In this document: positions 35,194 through 36,769 of the stretch, piece by piece
Numbering within the stretch: the first letter of the stretch is position 1
Layout: each line of letters starts with the position of its first letter
From: Candidatus Micrarchaeota archaeon
GTDB taxonomy: Archaea; Micrarchaeota; Micrarchaeia; Micrarchaeales; Micrarchaeaceae
NCBI GenBank assembly: GCA_027345565.1
Contig: DAHWIF010000007.1
Span: 1 to 36,769, forward strand
Length of the DNA: 36,769 nucleotides
Direction: 5' to 3'
Made by a program: the position numbers and the translations under genes
Notes under the pieces: model-generated
What the model was told of the DNA's origin: nothing
Databases searched by the model: none
Seen by the model: the letters and a program-made list of their open reading frames with translations, nothing else

Positions 35194-35613
35194 TTGATAC
35201 AACGTCTGCTGCCTTACTCCAGGATAGGCGTAGCCGCAGATTTATTTAGTATGATGGAGGAAAAGGGCATGCTGATTGAAGATGTAGGTATAAGTTCGGT
35301 TTCTCTATTCAAGCTTCAAGCCAAGGCGGCAAAGCTTGGAGTGCCGGCGAGGTATGTAGCAGATGCGATAGAAGCCATAAATAGTGAATTCAGGGCTGAG
35401 CAGATCCACAACTTAAAAATAATTGAGACAGCCGCAAGCTTGCTGAAATGGCTGAATGACTATGTGGACTGCCTGGTGCTTGCTACCGCAGTGGTCCTGA
35501 AGGAGGACCTGGTGACTGAAGATTCAAGACTTCACAGTTTGAGAGATAGGATAGTCAAAGAATATGGAATCCGAGTGCTAAACTGCAAAGAGTTTCTGGA
35601 GCGGGCCGCCTGA
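35184..35613 (+). pseudogene. vapC: PIN-domain (VapC) toxin, apparently frameshifted/inactivated
   Basis: The body retains DYVDCLVLATA and LVTED. The N-terminal RAIVDTT motif (35184-35204) is in a different frame from LLPYSRIG (35206 onward), and the expected SLFEL reads SLFKL. Confidence 0.65.
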
Positions 35614-35909
35614 CTGTAAGTGGAGTGTCTTGAGAAAGCGGAAATGGCAACCTAGATTAAGATATATGCCGTGTGGAAAAGAAAGGAAAGGCGTTCTGGA
35701 TGTGTTTTACTTGACTATCCATAACACCATTCAATCCCACTTTATGACCAGATAATTGCTTTTAATATCAAGATTCCGGAATGGGAACATCCCTTTTATG
35801 TAGAGCATTACGATGTGAAACGTGCTATTAGCAATGTATATATTTATGCAAAATGAGGGTAGTGCAAACAAAATGTTTGGGATAGTCAGAATAATCTATA
35901 GTGTAGGCG

Positions 35910-36769
35910 ATGGATATCAAAGCGCCTGGAGTGGTAAAGCTCCTTGGTGAACACGCGGTTGTGTATGGGAAATTGTCAGTAGCTGTTGCAATCTCTTTAT
36001 ACGCTACAGCGAGCGTTACTGATTCAAATAGCGATAGCATTATGATATCGCTGCCAGACATGAAGGAAAAATACGCAATAAACGGCCAGGAACTAGAGCG
36101 CCTACGCTCAGGCTACAGATCAACGGATATAAATGAATTCGCAAAGGCAGAAGGCAAGAGGTATGGAAAGGTGCTCCCCTTCGCCGTTGTGGCTGCAAGG
36201 CTATACAAGGAAGGCGTGGCGGTGCTTGGAAAGGCTGTAACAGTGACATCAGAGATACCAATAGGGTCTGGGCTTGCAAGCAGCGCGGCTTGCTCTACTG
36301 CATTTGCAGTGGCATTGATAAGCTCTGGAGGAAGGCACCTCCAGGACGATGCAATTATAGACATCGCTCGGGACGGCGAGCGAGTAGCACACAGGAACCC
36401 AGGCGCCGGAGCAATAGACGTAAGCGCAAGTTTCTACGGCGGCGTAGTCAGCTTCGACAGGCTTGGTGGTGCAAGGAGAGAGCAGGTTAATGCACTCCCC
36501 GAATTGGTTCTGATAGACACGGGGCCAAAACTCAGCACTGCGGTTACCGTAGGCAGGGTGTCAGAGCACTACAAGAACGAGAGGGGATGGACGGAGCGCA
36601 TACTTGAAGAGATAAACAGATGTTCTACGATGGGGCTTGCAGCACTAAAAGATGGGCGTTTCAAATCCCTCGGTGCTCTCATGTATGAGGACCATGATTG
36701 CCTAAGGAAATTAGATGTTTCAAGCCCGGCGCTGGATAAAGCAGTTGAAATCGGAAAAAGCATTGGAGC
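35910..36769 (+). CDS. mvk: Mevalonate kinase (GHMP kinase), 3' end runs off the window
   Basis: Manual translation from ATG 35910 (not in the ORF track): MDIKAPGVVKLLGEHAVVYG...SEIPIGSGLASSAA...ERVAHRNPGAGAIDVSASFYGG...IDTG. Confidence 0.88.
   Translation, partial: MDIKAPGVVKLLGEHAVVYGKLSVAVAISLYATASVTDSNSDSIMISLPDMKEKYAINGQELERLRSGYRSTDINEFAKAEGKRYGKVLPFAVVAARLYKEGVAVLGKAVTVTSEIPIGSGLASSAACSTAFAVALISSGGRHLQDDAIIDIARDGERVAHRNPGAGAIDVSASFYGGVVSFDRLGGARREQVNALPELVLIDTGPKLSTAVTVGRVSEHYKNERGWTERILEEINRCSTMGLAALKDGRFKSLGALMYEDHDCLRKLDVSSPALDKAVEIGKSIG

Noticed and set aside
35614-35909. AT-rich 296-bp gap with a stop-interrupted reading frame (…YDQIIAFNIKIPEWEHPFYVEHYDVK…)
   Set aside because: May be a gene remnant, but I recognise no family, repeat or RNA structure to support a call.
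35828-36763. Short ORFs listed in the track over the last 900 bp
   Set aside because: They overlap the open-ended plus-strand mevalonate kinase frame starting at 35910.
1-36769. CRISPR array, rRNA, SRP/RNase P RNA, transposase, intein
   Set aside because: No regularly spaced repeats, no recognisable conserved RNA motifs, no DDE/HUH/tyrosine-recombinase ORF, and MCM is of normal length.

Overview
Archaeal chromosomal window, gene-dense, with GGTG/GGAG Shine-Dalgarno motifs and TATA boxes. The lineage is inferred, not proven, to be DPANN and most likely Micrarchaeota, from the 'KAQSAMEYLMTYGWAILII' pilin type, the intron-containing tRNA and the compact gene packing. The left ~25 kb is mostly housekeeping: glutamate dehydrogenase (partial), a type IV pilin, dph2, rpl10e, ftsZ, rad50, EF-1beta, a Zn-ribbon protein, a secreted Lon-like S16 protease, a presenilin-like protease, MCM, a bacterial-type MetRS with a separate Trbp111-like gene, beta-carbonic anhydrase and a nuoHIJKLMN complex I membrane-arm operon. 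The right ~12 kb is more accessory: a CDP-alcohol phosphatidyltransferase, a Yip1-like protein, tRNA-Ser(TGA) with a 37-nt intron, an EamA transporter, msrB/msrA, a decayed vapBC pair, mevalonate kinase (partial), and two divergent HerA/FtsK/VirB4-superfamily ATPases. One ATPase is fused to a PD-(D/E)xK-like nuclease; the other is coupled to a small 3-TM protein behind a strongly structured leader. The best candidates for novelty are (1) this two-ATPase DNA translocation/processing module, (2) a complex I whose proton-pumping residues are systematically altered (Glu->Asp in several subunits, TM7 Lys lost in NuoM and NuoN), and (3) three convergent gene pairs that abut at an identical TGATCA palindrome. 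No CRISPR array, rRNA, integrase or transposase was seen.
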